A stretch of DNA of 26,538 bases from Ancylonema sp. (taxonomy: Eukaryota): positions 62,001 through 88,538 of the forward strand of contig JBFLGF010000148.1 of assembly GCA_050230475.1 (NCBI GenBank), written 5' to 3'. Each line of letters opens with the position of its first letter. Positions within the stretch are counted from its first letter, which is position 1. The position numbers and the translations under genes were made by a program. Below are positions 22,073 through 26,538 of this stretch, in pieces. The notes below the pieces were generated by a model. It made no database searches and was not told where the DNA came from. It saw nothing but the letters and a program-made list of their open reading frames with translations.

Positions 22073-25000
22073 ATGACTTCTAAAATTGTACTTTTTACGT
22101 CTCTTCTCGCCACTTTCATCACCGGCATCGCTGCGCGCCAGAATGTCCTTGAGGGGCAGCCATTTTCGATTCTATCGGCCACGAAGGTCTCGGAAAGAAC
22201 TCTGCAGTCAGAGTACATCAACATGAACGGTAATACTTTCCATATATATCTAGTGGGTTCAAGACGATGTCAAAAGCGGTGTTTAAATCTGATATCCTTT
22301 TCAGCGTTGAACTTCGAAGGAATCTCGATCTTTATTAATCTATATTGTACGTTATGTACTGCGAATTTATGCGCGCCCACTGCTCAAGGATGTCACAATC
22401 AAAACTCGTGGTCAATTAACTTCACTCGCTTTGTACGCCGCTGGTTGGTCTCTGTCTCCTGAGTTTCCGGATTTTGTGTTCCGTGGCCGGTAATTGGTGT
22501 TCAGAAACTACTAGTTGTATGTTTCAATCACTCCCATTTTCTTTAGCATTACAGTGATCGTTCTCACTCCTCAGAAACCAGTAATCAGTAATCAATTTCA
22601 GCTCTCATTTTTCGTTCTCCTTTTTCCTACTCGCCACTTAAAGCATAGTCAAGCCGTCTCCGTGCGAGGAAGAGGTCACCACCGGTTCCCACCTCAGTAC
22701 TTCGTCCGTATACATTCCTGTCATGCGAGGGCGTGATTTATCCTCAGAACTGCAGTCCTTCACACTAGCTGGAACATGTGCGGTCGTCCCTTTCGATGTT
22801 GGTTTGACGACTTCAAAGGGCTGCCTAACGAGAGGGAAACTAACTGATCGTTCTAGTGATAATTTGCCGCATTCGATCTCGCAGTTGCGCCTCTGGTGAC
22901 CTCCCCCATGCCGCACGAACTCCACGCCAACGCGCTTCTTCCGGCCTTCTGGGACTGGCGCAATGCCAATGGTGAGAATGCGCATCGTGCCATTGCGCCA
23001 GAGCCACTCCCATTTATTACAGAGTCATATCCAGCATTCACCATTTGTATTCACCAAGATAATGTAGCAGTGGGACCCCTCTCAAATGTTTATGACATAA
23101 ACTTTGACGCAAATTCGACGAGAAATCTACGCGAATTACACACGGGGCGCCAGCCTCCCTCCTCCCTTTTCAGACCAAATCCTTTTATTAAATGCTCACG
23201 TGCTGCGAACGTTCCAAGCCCTGAGCCCTGATCCCAAATGTTTGTCCTCCTCGCTTCTCAAATCTCTCTGGTCTTTCTGAATCCTCTTTCCATGTTCTGG
23301 TCGCAGGAACCAATTACGCCACCAAGGACCTGAATCAGCACATCCCCGGGTACTGTGGTAAGCACGACTGTGGGATGCACCTGGCTCAGTGTGCAATGAC
23401 GTTTGAAACGACTTTGGGCTGTGGGCTCAATGGCCCAATTTCGTGCTCCTGTCCCTCTGTATGTATTGTCCCTCTATGTTCATTCCTCTATAGTTATTAA
23501 TTCTCTCTTTTGATTGTTGTTGTAAGACCTTGACGTGTACTTCTAGATTAGTGCTACAGCCCAGCTACAGCCTTCATTTTGCGGAAAAAAACTGGCGGGC
23601 AATCCCCCGACTAAATTCCACCTCCTTTCCTAATTCCTGCCTTTTGCAACCTGGCTGAATCTGCCACCTGGCTGATTCTGCCACCTGGCTAAATCTGAGT
23701 TGGGGGGAGGGAAATCCGAGATGGTTATATATCCTCATCATACCGTACCCACCAGGTTAATAGCCCATTCTATTTTTATTTTATTATTATTATTTTTTAT
23801 ATAATAATTACCTACGGTAGGGGCAAACTTGTGGAGCCAAGCAATAATCACAAAAATATGATCCCGCGGAATTCAAGCCTGGAAAGGGGTGGGGCAAAGG
23901 GTGGGGCGTTTAAACAAAAAATGATAGGGGGGTGGGTTCTATTAAGTAATGATTCAAAAAAAGTGGGTCCCTTATAGAAAGTGGGACCATAAATATCTCG
24001 CCAAGGTCTTTTCAATCCTCGGTGTCGCAACCAGTAGCATCCGAAAACTCACAATAATGATTGGCGGAAACTTCCTTAGGTTCCTGCTGGGCTCATGCTG
24101 CCCTGAGCGCCATCGCTGACCGCATCAAAATTCTCCGAAAAGCAGTCTTCCCCGACATCAACCTCTCCGTACAAGTGTAAGCAGTTTCCCGGAACCTTCC
24201 CTCCAACAAATACATGGTCCCCGTCAGGGTACCCGTCTGGAAAGTCGGTCTATCCACGTCAGTGCCACGTGTCCGTGTCCTTTTAGACACCTGGACGCAT
24301 CCACATTAGGTTCCCGTCCGCGGATCCGGGTACATTTCTGGTGCACTGCATCTGGACGTTGAATTATAAACTTCTCACACTAACGCCTCACCAATCTCTG
24401 TGTGCCACCTGTATTCTGTCCATTCTGACGTAATGCTGACGTGTCCACTCACAGCTGTCCAGACGTCAGACCTATGATCCCACATAAGTGTCAAGAAATG
24501 ACGATGTTTGGGGAGATACGAACCAAAATCCGTCCGAAACACTAAAAGAAGAACTGACCTTCTGATCTACACCCTTGGAATTGATGAGCCCATGAGCCAT
24601 GAGCCCATGAGACCATGAGCCCACCTTGACCCCTCGTCTCCCCCCCCCCCCCCACAGCATCCTGAACTGCGCCGTAAAAATCGCCGGATCCTGCGGGGGG
24701 GGGGACCCCCTGGGCGTGTACATGTACATGTACACCGAGGGGGTTCCCGAGGACACGTGTCAGCAGTACAAGGCCATCGACGAATCGTGTGTCCCCATCA
24801 ACGTGTGTCGCAACTGCGTCAGCCCGTGGGTGCCACCTATCGGGAATCCCGCTGCATGCTCTGCTGTCGCCGACTACCCCACGCATGGAGTGAGGAGCTA
24901 TGGAGTGGTGGCGGGGGAGGCGGCTATGGTACGGTTAACACCCTATATAGGCAGCAGCCCCTCTGTATAGACGCACCTTACATGTATAGGCACCAGAATC

Positions 25001-26138
25001 TTGCAACAGAGTTTGTGTGCATTCTCTATGGTTTGCCCTCTGGAAAGGCACACCCCAGGGGCACCGTAGGGTCACCAACATATCCCCTATTGAAGTGGTG
25101 TGTGTAAAGAGAGTTGTGTGGATTCATTTTTATGAAGGCGACATGCCTCTAGACTTGGTGTTGAATCACCTGTTTGGTTGCCTACAAATCCATGCTGCTA
25201 CAGACCCATATTCTCAGTTGGTGTTCTGATTTGTCTTGACTTCATGAGAGTCCTTCGAAATACTCCCAAGGCGTCTCTCCTTCGACTCCAACTATTGCTG
25301 TATGCAGATGTCGGAGATTTACTTTCGCGGCCCAATCGCGTGCGAGATTGACTCCAACCCTCTTCATGACTACACAAGCGGCATCTACATGGACACGTAT
25401 GTACCGTTATCATGATTGTAATCTACATACTCTTGTTCATAAATGGATTCAAATACTCGTCCGCACTTGTCTACAAGTCTTAGGCAAGTACCCTCACTTC
25501 ATACATCTATGATTCCGTATCCAAGAATTCGTACCTTTGTACCTTTGTACCTTCGTACCTTTGTACCTTTGTACCTTTGTACCTTTGTACCTGGGTGACT
25601 TCTTTCATCGAGTGTTTGGTTGGGTGTCGCCGAACGTGGAGATCGCCACAAGTTCGACCCACACAAAACACGAGTCATGTTCGTAGAGATTGAATCCTAC
25701 TGGGTATATGTTTCTTGTGTACCTGTGTGGTCTGCGTTTTACAGTGGTCCGTTCTCGATCAATCACATCGTGTCGGTTACGGGATGGGGCGAGGAAGATG
25801 GAGTCAAATATTGGATAGTGCGCAACTCTTGGGTGAGTAGTTCTAACGTAATCTAAACGTAACTCGATTGTAACTTTAACGTGATTCTATCGTGATCTTA
25901 ACGTAATTCTAAGGGAAAAAGTGGATTCATGTTACATACATCATTTCACCTCGCCCTCGTGGTCTCACCTCTTGTTTATTTATAATATCTATTCAATATT
26001 TGATATTTAATATTTCATATGTATTATGTTTTATGTATTTTAGTATTTACTTCTATTTGATATTTTCAATAAATACACCTTCATGTTTCACCAAAATGGT
26101 TCCTCTCGTATTCTAACTCTGAGATGGCTCCTCTCATA

Positions 26139-26183
<45 letters not shown>

Positions 26184-26322
26184 GTAGGGGACCTATTGGG
26201 GCGAGCACGGTTGGTTCCGGATCCTACGTGGCGCCAACTCACTGGGGGTGGAGACGGAGTGTGCGTGGGCAGTGCCGTCCGGGGCTCCCAATTGTTGGTC
26301 GGCACACGGGGATTTATGCTAG
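22073..26322 (+). CDS. CTSZ: Cathepsin Z/X-like papain-family (C1A) cysteine carboxypeptidase precursor, ~324 aa
   Basis: Exons 22073-22229, 22885-22971, 23307-23357, 24080-24176, 24658-24928, 25308-25396, 25745-25832, 26188-26322 (975 nt, all GT-AG). Signal peptide, then LPAFWDWRN and [14 protein letters not shown] (HIP mini-loop diagnostic of cathepsin X; catalytic Cys 24085-24087). Also [43 protein letters not shown] (His 25764-25766), [20 protein letters not shown]. Confidence 0.95.
23645..23697. repeat. 17-bp tandem repeat (TGCCACCTGGCTGAATC-like) x3 in CTSZ intron 3
   Basis: tgcaacctggctgaatc / tgccacctggctgattc / tgccacctggctaaatc. Confidence 0.85.
25531..25592. repeat. 8-bp tandem repeat (GTACCTTT) x ~7.7 in CTSZ intron 6
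   Basis: Directly visible. Confidence 0.92.
26146..26181. repeat. (GT)18 microsatellite immediately upstream of the last CTSZ acceptor
   Basis: GT run followed by ccgtag|GGG ACC TAT TGG. Confidence 0.92.
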
Positions 26323-26538
26323 ACGGATGGTGTAGGCATTTTACGATCTGGAGCCTCTCATAGATGAGGCCTTCCACGAAAAGAGTTGTGTATAAATCAT
26401 GTTGTGCGTTCTTGGTTTAGGACATGTCATTGAGTCTTGCAAAAGATTGACCGGTGTTCTTCCGTCAACGAAGTTATGAAGGACTTAAGATGATTAAGAT
26501 GATCCTGTCCCTTGTTGTCTAACACCTAAGGACTAAAA

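Overview
Eukaryotic nuclear DNA, most likely from a green alga or early streptophyte: the NMO, HIPL1 and SNAPIN homologues look plant-type, but there is also a cathepsin X/Z that angiosperms lack. Four intron-containing genes were assembled by hand from splice sites and codon phase. (1) A nitronate monooxygenase/2-nitropropane dioxygenase-like flavoprotein (+, 3296-6142, 6 exons, first intron GC-AG). (2) A HIPL1-like secreted protein (+, 10094-15643, 9 exons) that is intact except for one in-frame TGA at codon 32, exactly where the family has a conserved Cys. (3) SNAPIN/BLOC-1 subunit (-, 21379-~19539). (4) Cathepsin Z/X (+, 22073-26322, 8 exons), head-to-head with SNAPIN. Intergenic DNA holds non-autonomous hAT-like TIR elements, a possible decayed gag-like ORF and many microsatellites. 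The HIPL1 introns contain two duplicated acceptor+exon-start segments. Family assignments come from recalled motifs; no database search was run.
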